64,000 nt of DNA, from contig CM082587.2 in the NCBI GenBank assembly GCA_040954595.2, forward strand, positions 3,046,275 to 3,110,274. The letters run 5' to 3'. Below, one piece after another: positions 11,271-21,526 of this stretch. Source of the stretch: Balanoglossus misakiensis. Its lineage: Eukaryota; Animalia; Hemichordata. Numbering within the stretch: the first letter of the stretch is position 1; every line of letters begins with the position of its first letter. Below the pieces are notes generated by a model that saw nothing but the letters and a program-made list of their open reading frames with translations, searched no databases and was not told the origin of the DNA. A program made the position numbers and the translations under genes.

Positions 11271-12694
11271 ATGATGAAACAAGTGCTCCTGATCGCAATC
11301 ATTGCTTTCTGCATTGCCTGTGCATCTGGTATGAAAGTACATGTATTTGTAGTTGTTGTTGTTACCGGCTTGTTTCAAAAGATTCGAAATCAGTTAATAT
11401 AAACTTCTTTCAATCGCAATTATGGTCCGTTCTAAGAGTCAATTATACTGGACTTATCCATATATATTTATCTCAGCGTTTCCTCCAATTAAATTTACTT
11501 CCCCTATTCCTCAAAGTTCTTCCTTCATATGTCTTTATTATAGAACACCAATTACTAACTATTTTATTTTACTTTCCCCCTATTTAGCCCAATCAACAGC
11601 AGGTAAGATTTTCTTAATGATACTATTATATTATCTTTAATATGTTACATTAGTATGAAGCCAAATTTCAACATATTATTGATGATTTGTGTTATTTTAC
11701 CATATTTCTTGCGCTAAATTTACGACTTTTGCTCAGAGTCGGCCGAATCAAATGAAGCTGTGTAGTAATGGTGATGGTATACTCTACATGCGAGTGAATG
11801 TGTCGTTTCTTTTGTCCTTTCTTAGCCACAACAGCTGCAGCCACAGACGCACGTAAGTTTTGCCTTTGATCACTGGTACACTTTAGGAACTTCTTTAAAA
11901 ATACCGACTGGGTTTGCTATTTTGATTGCACTCTTTTGATGCCAGACGACAGCTTTGTTCTAATGACTAAAAAAGACAGACCGCCATGATGCGTTAGAGC
12001 GCAACTCTCGCTGGGCTTTGCATATCAATACTTCAGTGGTCACGTGACAATTATGTAGGGATTTTCTGTTTTACAAATTGAACCAAGAAAATCAAACGAG
12101 TTTCTTCCTCAGCCGCCTCCTTTATACATGTCGGCAAATTTATTTTTGCCCATGCATACAAATTGAATAAAATTCAAAAATTTCAGTGTCAAATTATTAC
12201 AATACCATTGTTTTCATTTGGGTAGAGGGTTCTATTGTTTTCTTTGTGAATAATAATCTATCGCTTTTATTTATGTTGGTCGCAGCAACGAGCGAACCTG
12301 AAGGTAAGACTTCGCCGCTTCTCAATGTTCTTGTTTTGATTTTTCGGGAACATTTTGTGGTCGAGGAATAATTATTCTGTCTGGCAACTTTAATGACTAT
12401 TAATCTGGACACTAATACTAACGTACTTTCCCTATTCATTTTCTTTCCAGCCACCACCGCAAGTAAGTAATTTGATTTTGTGGTTAAACGTTTAAGTTCG
12501 ATTTCCTAATTATCCTAATAAGAATTGTTAGTTCGCAGTTTAGAGATTGTATTCTGTTGTGTATATACAAAACCAGGCGTTTACTAACGTGGTAATTTTA
12601 TTGTCTTGTCGTAGACGGCGCTGTTGGCCTCCAATCAGTCGGTGCCCTGTTGATGACTGCCACCCTGTTGGTCGTCAGCCGTTGGATTCAGTAG
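11271..12694 (+). CDS. Micro-exon gene A: 69-aa precursor of a small Thr/Ala-rich, predicted GPI-anchored glycopeptide (CD24/CD52-like architecture)
   Basis: Coding exons 11271-11328, 11588-11602 (15 nt), 11826-11852 (27), 12286-12303 (18), 12451-12462 (12), 12615-12694; all introns GT-AG and phase 1. Translation: MMKQVLLIAIIAFCIACAS-AQSTA-ATTAAATDA-PTSEPE-ATTA-NGAVGLQSVGALLMTATLLVVSRWIQ*. The paralog at 15247-16909 supports the model. Confidence 0.85.
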
Positions 12695-13233
12695 GAGCCC
12701 GGACCCTCAAGTCAGAAGTAAGACTTGGATAGCTTTGTCTCTGTGTTCTTATTACAAAGAGGATTTTTGGTCGATCTGTTGTTTGAAGGCCCTGCTTGCT
12801 CGCATTGTGAACACTCCAACTATAACTGAATCACAACTGACAGTTTTAGGAAATGTTGTTTTCGATTCCACGACCGTTGCACCAACTGATAACGTATTTC
12901 TATGCATTTTTTTCGTTTCAGGCCACGTTTTTACCACCGAGTGAACCAACAACGGACATGTTAAAATCTAACTGGCTACCTGAGTGATTTTGTTTTTGTT
13001 CACATTAATTTTGTTTCGATTTACAACCTTTTGTAAGTTTTATATTGATGGTAAACATAACATATAGATAGACGCATATAGATAGAACTACTATATCTAT
13101 CTATGCAAATATAGACTCCTTCACTCGTGCAATTTGTATTCAAGTGTATCAGGATTTGTCTATAGTTAACAGTTTGAAGATTGCGCTCACTTTCGCCAAA
13201 TTCAAGTTGTCAGCCTGAAGTGATGTGTTCAAA

Positions 13234-13309
13234 ATGACGGTGCTATGGATGACGAACAACGGAAGTGACATCATTCAGATGGAACTTCCGTTTTTGATGA
13301 CTCCGTACT
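13234..13309 (+). promoter_or_regulatory. Conserved 3'UTR block with stem-loop (gene A copy)
   Basis: AACGGAAGT-ga-CATC-attca-GATG-ga-ACTTCCGTT (13258-13292); aligns with 17422-17496. Confidence 0.65.
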
Positions 13310-13442
13310 CGAATGAACGCGACGCATCAGTTTTAAAGATTGACGCGCTGTCCTTGTTGAATGTTGACAAAGTGAAATTACTGGTGCATGGGTATTTCAA
13401 CCATGGTGGTGCTGTAATAACTTGAGTTATGAGGGAGTTGGC

Positions 13443-13448
13443 AATAAA
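13443..13448 (+). terminator. Candidate poly(A) signal of gene A
   Basis: AATAAA ~150 nt downstream of the conserved hairpin, followed by GT/T-rich sequence. Confidence 0.5.
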
Positions 13449-15246
13449 CATTTAAATGTTAACAATAACATAATTGTGGAGTGCGTTATTTCTTGACACC
13501 CCTTTGGGCATGCCTACAGACTTACCATTGGGGAAGTGAAGAGTCCCACTTGAGAAGAGGGTTCCCTTGTTTGCTTTGCCTGTGCTCCGATCAGCGATAT
13601 AGGTCATCTCCCAGATTCACGATCTAGCCAGCAACCATTCTCACCTACAATAAAATAAAAAAGGGAGAAGTGGGTCAACCTTTTATTGTCCATCACAAGG
13701 CCTTGCTGTGGCCGGTGTTATACCTGACTAATGGAGGATTACAACCTCGTCCAAACATCGTCTCAACTGCCGATATAAATCGACGGAAAGGGGAAGGAAC
13801 ACCATGCCACTCCTCTCACTTCACTTCCCTAAAACAAAGCTTGTGGCTTATATAGTAACCTAAATATACTAAACAAATGCACACAACTAATACAATCTGA
13901 AACCCCGGTAACCACCGCACGATGAAATTGCCAGCCAATCAGGGGCGACTAGACTCTGGAGACAGTTTGAATTATTGATATGACCGTGCGGGGACATTTA
14001 TTTGAGAAAAAAACGTCGTTTGGAGACAGCCAGTCCGCCAAAACCTGCGAGAAGTGAAACAGAGCATCTGTGCAGCTTTCTGTGAAACTGACTTTAGGTA
14101 GGTATATTTTTTTTTGTCATGAGAACATTTTATGAAGCATCAAACGAAAATGAATCGGACCGAGAGACATTTGACGTCATTATCAAGTGATGGTTCACGA
14201 AATATAGTACAAATGTAGTTTTTTTGGATAGCGTTTGAAACAGAGAGAATCAATTGTTTTTAAGAGATCTTCCATGTGCAAATTGAAATCGCTTTTGAGT
14301 ACAATTTAAGATTTGATAAAACTTTGAGTAATTTCAGATATTTCTGTTCACGTCACCAATATTCAGTTACACCACAAGTGTGGATGATATTCCAAAAAGG
14401 TGTACAAACGTTGATTTTTGTAGATTATCTTTCTCTTCTCCGATTGCATAGTCGTGCGGAATGGATAGGATTGTTCCCATGGTATCGTGACGATATTTTG
14501 CAAGCGTATCAGTCATTCCGGCGTCCATGGGTAGAAATCGTTCTCGCGTGTCTAGACTTCGTTCGCCAAGCGGTCGCCTTGGTTACTTCATTTCCTGTTC
14601 ACTCGGTGGCCACTCGTTATGCTTAAAGCCACTTTATAATATGTGCGTGTTTTTTTTCTGCCAATAATTCTAATAATTGGAGAGAGTGCACCATCTATCA
14701 TTTGGCAGTCTGTCGTCATCAACGATGTCGGTTGGCTGATTTCTCCTTCACGAAGTTACAGCAACAGAAACCGTAGATGGGGGTCATGGTTACAGCAGAA
14801 CCCAGCGAAAGCCGCCATAAGGCCCACGAGTCACCAGATTCCATGAATAATGTCGAACACATTAAAGTCTGTAGCGGCGCCAAATCAAAAATATACTAGA
14901 AACGACACATCCGGGGATATCGGCGGGAGGGCAGATGTTTCCGCCGTCAACGGGTCCAATTATGACGTTTCAGTACAGAAATTTAATGCATATCGAACGT
15001 CGACCATACATGTACTTCTAATGTAGTTTTTACACGTGGTTGAACACACAGTATAGGATGGCACGTTCTCATACTTGTAATGTACGGATTACTTAATTAT
15101 GAAATAGGCCTCTTTCACTGACAGCATTGTTCATTTTTATGCCGTATAAGTTATTCATGATATCCTGGCTTCAAATGGCGACATAGTCAATAGTGTATGT
15201 TGCTTATCATATAAACACGTTATTTTATTATTTTACAGACATCAAG

Positions 15247-16909
15247 ATGATGAAACAGCTTCTCATGATCGCAGTCATTGCTGCGTTCGCTTCCTGTGCA
15301 TACGGTACGAGTCTCGCATTCTATGAACGAATTTACAAATGTAATTTGCAACTGAATCATCGCAGTATTTTCTCGAGCTCCAGTCTTCTACGTCATTAAC
15401 GGTTGACGTTTAGTGTCTGTGGTTATGATCAAAATGTGCGAGGAGTCTTTTTTTGAAATCATCATCATCTAATCAAAAGAATATTAAAACAGATGGTGAT
15501 CAAGTTCCTTGAAATTATATATGTGTCTATTTTAATATTTTTTTTATTTTTTTCTTTAATATAGCTACGTCGACGGCAGGTAATTGTCGATTTTATTATC
15601 AAACAAACTCCTGGAGTTTGGAAAATTGTCTATTCGATCAATGAGAATTTTTTGACAAAAGCGATGAGTCCCTAATTACTTTCTGTGACAGCGACGAAAG
15701 ACGCACTGTCGAATACTGACTGAGTCTTGTATTATTTCATTTCTATGTAGCAACAACGACGGCGGCTGGCGGAACAGGTAAGGACCAGTTTTGTTAACAA
15801 AATTGTCAATATGGAAGGTTCAGTCCATGGATGCACACTAATTCGCAGATGAAATGCATTTCACAACGCATTGGTGATTTACTCAAGGTCAGAGTGTGAT
15901 ATGAAAAGGATGGTTTAATGTCTATTATTTGAATAACATATTGCTGTTTCATTGGATGTTCTAACAGAGACTACCACGGGTGCTCAACAGCAACCAACAG
16001 GTAAGAACTTCAAAACACAAGAACTTTGTCGTTGGTAGAAAACACAGGATCGAGTCCGCTCGGGGGAAGAAAAGCCGAATTTTAATGATAAACTTCGCTG
16101 TGTCGTCTCTGCAGCGGGCAATTTCGTTAATTTTGCAATTTGGAATTAGAGTTTACATCTGTTGTCGCACGGCTGACAAACTTCACGTTATCATCTCTCT
16201 TTCAGGGACTCAAAGTGAGTGTTGTTTGGAAAACTGGCGGAGAGTGCCATCGCACACAGAGTGAACACTTCATCCTATCAGAGTTTATCGCAGGAAGTAA
16301 AAAATTATCGTGATACATGTAAAACGATTAGTTCTCGGTTGGTTGGTCGATTTGTAACGGCACAGCTACGTGCGTGCCATTAATAACCGTTTCTACATTA
16401 CTATTCCCTTGTATGTAAAGAGTGCATGCCATCAGTACAAACCTAAGGGTATCGGCCGCCATTTAAATACTATTTAACACCTGGTTTTATTTTCAGATAC
16501 ACCCCAGACTACAGATGCAGGTGAGATTATGGGGTTATTTATCCGACATTTTCTAACGCGAATATGAATAAACTCTTTTGGTGAAATGAGAATGGATCTT
16601 TTAATTAATTCGAGAACATTAGAGTGAATACTGTTTATAAGTTTTAGCAAAACTCTGCCAATCGTAGCCAAACATGCATGAATTACGAGAGGGTTCTAAT
16701 ACAGTCGTTTTCCATTCCCCTTTCAGAAACCACAACTTCAGGGAGTAAGTATTTATACGATTTTTTAGCGTCGGATTTTTTAATTTGATTGTTTAAAACG
16801 TCAGGTTTGTAAACGGGTATTCCACTGTTTTACCGTAGGTGGTGCAACTTTAGTCGGTACTCTGTTGTTGACCGTCTCTCTGGTCGTCTACCATGGCCTG
16901 GTTCGTTAG
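15247..16909 (+). CDS. Micro-exon gene B: 84-aa precursor of a small Thr-rich, predicted GPI-anchored glycopeptide; paralog of gene A
   Basis: Coding exons 15247-15304, 15565-15579 (15 nt), 15751-15777 (27), 15968-16000 (33), 16206-16214 (9), 16497-16520 (24), 16727-16744 (18), 16839-16909; all GT-AG and phase 1. Translation: MMKQLLMIAVIAAFASCAY-ATSTA-ATTTAAGGT-ETTTGAQQQPT-GTQ-NTPQTTDA-ETTTSG-SGATLVGTLLLTVSLVVYHGLVR*. The 9-nt exon is the least certain. Confidence 0.85.
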
Positions 16910-17421
16910 CCGAATTGATAAAACCGACAGGTGAGATATAATTTTCGTCTACAGTGACCGACGTTGTTTCCTTGTTGTTTTGAGTGTTTCTTCCGCAATA
17001 TTGATAAGTTTGTTTCCGTGGCAACACATTTAGGCCGATCAATAATATTAATGGATAATTTCTGGTATTAACAGAAAAGGAGTTTCTAAATGATGGCAGA
17101 TTTAAAAGGAGCAGTTCCCAATCCATTAAACGTCGAACGTTTTCCTCGGTTACAGGTCTGATTTCCAAATGACGACCGGAGTTATCTAGAAATTCCTGAA
17201 AAGTTTGCTGTGCCGGACACTAGGCCCAGGCCTACCTATTATGTCCACTCTGCATGGGTGATGTATTCAGAGGAATAAGATAACAGCAGTCTACACAATA
17301 GACACTGCCAGTCTACCACTGAATATAGATGTCGAATTTATGGCAGAATTACTGATGCAACGTTAGCATTGTGTTCAACTCCTGACGGCAGTAAAGGGCT
17401 CAGTATGGAAGTGTTGTACAT

Positions 17422-17496
17422 ATGATGGTGCTATGAACGATGAACAACGGAAGTGATGTCACTGATGACACGCTTCCGGTTTAATGACGTCGCACT
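17422..17496 (+). promoter_or_regulatory. Conserved 3'UTR block with stem-loop (gene B copy)
   Basis: CGGAAGTG-a-TGTCA-ctga-TGACA-CGCTTCCG (17448-17478); aligns with 13234-13309. Confidence 0.65.
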
Positions 17497-17667
17497 TGAT
17501 TTGACAACAAACATGGCACTTCCATTTAACATGTTGAATTTTGTCTCGAATGAACCAGTATCTTCACATTTGAGATTGCAACGTTGTTTTATTTTTTTTT
17601 CAAAAAATGCCATACATATTGTGTTCGCATCTGTAATTGACCTTGACGTATACCATGTTTGCATTTA

Positions 17668-17685
17668 AATAAACACCGCAATAAA
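17668..17685 (+). terminator. Candidate poly(A) signals of gene B
   Basis: Two AATAAA hexamers (17668, 17680) ~190 nt downstream of the conserved hairpin. Confidence 0.5.
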
Positions 17686-18339
17686 GATGGACGTCATTAT
17701 TTTGGTGTAAAAATTGTGGTATTAATTATGTGATTGTTATGCGAAGAAGACGAAAGGGGAGAACACCGGCTCAAACCGGTTTGAACAGGTTTGCAATTTT
17801 CATTGCTTCGAGGAACGCTCATGTACCAGAACTTGGTCTTGGAATGTGGCGAGGTTGATAAAAATAGTAAAAAGTTAAATGTTCAGACCCTTGAGAAAGC
17901 GCTTACGTACTTTTTTAACATGTGGTCCGATTTGTTCTTACCCCATAAGCTTAATATAATGTCAAAAGTCACAACGAAGCTCTCTCGTCCGGTCGGGCTC
18001 GGTCGCATGTTTGCTTGTTAGGCCTAAGCGAAATATTTTGTTCTGACTCAGAACATGCGAGGTTTCTCCCCACCACCATGGACTTATAGTGCTGCACTCA
18101 ACGATGGTATCATTCTCTTTTCTCTCATCTAAGAAGATACCTCACATTCAAAAGCATGGTCGTCATGGTAATTTCAGATGCGTACGCACAAGCAGGAACC
18201 ACATACACACGTCGCGACCAAAGGCTTCTTTCTTCGTAGCATCCTTGTCATATCTGGTCAGTTTGTAGGACGCTGTAAGCAAGCGACCACCGACATTTTC
18301 ACTGTTATCAGCCAGCCATCCACGGGCGGCGCCGTGAGA

Positions 18340-21300
18340 ATGTCCACCTTTCTACGAATCCCGCGCCAGTTTCTGCCGGAGATTCAGCGCGACTCTCGTC
18401 GCGGAAAGTCTAAGTCGCTGATGAAAACCACAACGGCAACCACGAGCTATCGAGATGTGCAGGCGAACGGTCGGCGCCGCGTCGACAACTCGCGGTCCTC
18501 CTTCGGCTCGCTGTCGCAGGTCGACGAGAAGGTGCGCAACTTGCTGCTGCACCCGAACGACATCGGGCAGTGCAAGGCCAACCCGCTCACCCACCGAGGG
18601 AAGCGCATACAACTGGTGAAGATGCTGCTCTTGACCCTGTTGCCCGTCCTCTCCCTCGCCTTGCTTGCGGTCATCGACCTGCACGGCATCGCTTACGGCA
18701 ACAGCGTCGACATCCAAGTCCGGAACGTCATCCGGTTCAGCCGGGACATCGGGGTCCTTCTGAGTCGACTGCAGCGCGAGCGAGACATGACGGCCCTGTA
18801 CATCAGCGTCATCGGACCCGAAAACAAGGCCTACCTGACGGAGACCTATCCGCTCACGGACAGCGCCCTGGAGGAGTTACAAGAATGGCCGGTCAAAACG
18901 CACATTTTGCGAGCATTGCCGTTTTTCCGAAAGAAAGAAGATTTCCGCAACCACTTAGCCAGCCACCGTGCCGACATCGACAAGTCCAACGCCACCGTGT
19001 ACGACGAAATCAACTTCTACACCGATGCTATCCAGATTTTCATCGATTGGCTTTACGAAAGCGTCGGCAATTCCAAAGGTACGGGTCTGTGGCAGACTCT
19101 GGTCGCCTACCAGTTTCTTATCGTGAGTAACGTCGACACGGGCATCGAGCGTACTCTGGGCTCAGTCTTCTTTTCTCGTGGCGGCTTCGACCGATACGAT
19201 GACTACATCTGGTACCTGGAAAAATACAACGTCGGTCGTACCAACTTCGCAGCCTCCAAACAATACTCGCCGCTGATCGAAAGACTTTACATGGAACAGG
19301 TAAAAAATCTGCAACTCGACGAAAATTTCACCCATACCATCGAAGAGCTGCGTCGGCAGATCATTTTCAACAACGGCGTCGGGCGGGTCGCCGACTTCGA
19401 CGACGCCGCCCGCTGGTTTGACGGCATGACCGTGTACATCGACATCCTCGCGGATGTGCAGAAGAATCTGGCTGACGAAATCCTCATCAAGCTGGAGAAC
19501 GAGCTGGAAAACGACACCGAAGCTATCGCGGTCAGCATCTTCCTGGTCATCGTGGTCATCATAATGTGTCCTCTGACCCTGCAAGCTATCTGGACACTGA
19601 CCACGGACATCCAGAACTACGCTCTGACGCTCGCCACCCAAACCAAGGCCCTGAACCGGGAGAAGAAGCGCTCGAATTGGTTGCTGTACTCGATGCTGCC
19701 GAAAACAGTCGCCGAGCAGTTGATGCGCCACGAGGAGGTGAAAGCCGAGTATTATCACCAAGCGACCGTCTTCTTCTCCGACATCGTGGGATTTGATCGG
19801 CTGTGCGTGGAGAGCACCCCCATGCAAGTCGTGGAAATGCTGAATGGTCTGTACGTGTTGTTCGACTCGAGGATTGAGCTGTATGACGTGTACAAAGTGG
19901 AGACTATTAACGAGACCTATATGCTGGCATCAGGTTCGTTTAAGCATTGTTGTTTGTTTGTTTATTTGTTTGTTTGTCCTGTGGGACCCACACCCGCAGC
20001 CGCAGACATGACGACACCCACCCTTTAACTATTCACAAAAGTAAAACTCTTCTTCTCTTCACTTTCAGGACTGCCCGAGAGGAACGGGATTATGCACGTT
20101 GGCGAGATGGCCACGGTAGCTTTGGATTTGTTGCACAACATCAGTTACTACGAAATTCCTCACAAGCCGTATACCAAGATCAAAATCCGCATTGGAATGC
20201 ACATAGGTAGGTCGCAAATACCCACCAACAGAAATGGTATCTCTCTCGTCAATATTAAAAGGGAATATCGTTTTTTATGAGACAGGATCGCCGTTTAACA
20301 TTCTCGACAAATGGCAGAAACCATGTTTCTGTTGTTATAGTTACTGGAATGCACTGAATTTTCAGCTAGGCTAATTAGACGTGACAGGATACAGGATACC
20401 AATGACTATTTTTGGTACCCACCGGATGGATCATTCTACAAATTATGACAATACACAACATATCAGCAGAAATCTGATGACCGATGATTCTATACAGTCA
20501 TCTGACGAGGGAGACAACATAACTATATTCTGGGGGGAAAAAGTTCAAACGATGGCGAGATTGTCATGTTTTGATTGTCCACCGAATTACCGTTTCGCCA
20601 ATTAAAACCCTCTCCACACGCAAAGCGTGATTAGCGTCGTTGCTATGGAAATTGGTGGACTTCTGCAAAGGAAGCCGTGGCCATGCGCAGAAGAGGTCGT
20701 GATAAATCGGATCGGCCCCCGGGCATCACCATGGAAACAGTCACAGCTTAAATTTATTTGCTAGTCTCGAATCTGGCCAGTTCTTTTTTTTCAGGTACAT
20801 TTTCATATTGGGGATAAAGACTTATGTCGAACCTGTCAGATATTGAAGACTTGTTTGTGTGATTGCAAGATGTGATCATTTATATTTTCTGAAAAACAAA
20901 CACATCAACCCACGTCGTTTCAAGGTCTCTGTTACTATGGTAGCCGTATGGTTTCTTGTTTGTTCCTCGCTCGTTAGCCGCAAAAAAAACCTGAATGTGG
21001 CAGCCTGTATTCTGGTTATTTTCTCAGGGCCAGTCGTCGGTGGCGTCGTGGGACTGAAGATGCCCCGTTATTGCCTGTTCGGTGACACCGTCAACACAGC
21101 ATCCCGGTTACAGACCAACAGTTTGCGTGAGTTTTTCACATTTCTGGTTTGAGAAACTTGAAAATGTATGAAAAAGTATTATTTCACAATTTTAAGTACG
21201 CCCTTTAATGTCTTACAGCTAGCCGTGCTCACATCAGTCATAACTGTTACATGGGACTGCTGGACATAGGTGGGTACACCATGGTAAAACGAGGTGAAAT

Positions 21301-21526
21301 CGAAATTAAGGTAAGTTCGAAACTAGTCTCCTTTCACGAAAAAGAAGCGAGTTTTCGGGCAGTTCTCAATGCAATCCTATGGTATACTTTCTATGGAAAT
21401 CATTCATTCGTTTACGTTCGGGTTTTTTAACAGGGAAAAGGCACGATGACCACATACTGGTTGACGGGAAAGGACACCTTCAGCAAGAACATCCCGGTAA
21501 TGAAACCCATGTATGACAATAAATAG
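18340..21526 (+). CDS. NIT-domain-containing membrane guanylyl cyclase (NIT-GC)
   Basis: Exons 18340 (or 18178)-19933, 20069-20206, 21028-21126, 21219-21310, 21434-21526. Domain order: TM1 ([18 protein letters not shown]); NIT-like helical sensor ([45 protein letters not shown]); TM2 ([18 protein letters not shown]); signalling helix ([24 protein letters not shown]); class III cyclase ([61 protein letters not shown]). Confidence 0.9.
20639..20944. promoter_or_regulatory. Cluster of X-box-like motifs in NIT-GC intron 2
   Basis: GTTGCTATGGAAAT (20639), ATCACCATGGAAAC (20725), GTTACTATGGTAGC (20931). Confidence 0.4.

Noticed and set aside
11826-11852. Antifreeze-glycoprotein-like Ala-Ala-Thr pattern in gene A
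   Set aside because: Only one or two AAT units and no regular tripeptide array; generic mucin-like composition explains it.
13234-13309. SECIS interpretation of the conserved 3'UTR hairpin (ATGA motifs nearby)
   Set aside because: Both genes end in TAG with no in-frame TGA, and the hairpin lacks the UGA/GA quartet and apical AA geometry.
18352-19827. Long antisense and alternative-frame ORFs over the NIT-GC exon (up to 221 aa), and similar ones over the 513-aa ORF and UBR4 exons
   Set aside because: Expected shadows of GC3-rich coding sequence; no recognisable domains.
19934-20028. C-terminus of the 616-aa ORF ([15 protein letters not shown]...)
   Set aside because: Intron read-through; the cyclase continues after splicing at 19933 to 20069 (ASG|LPERNG).
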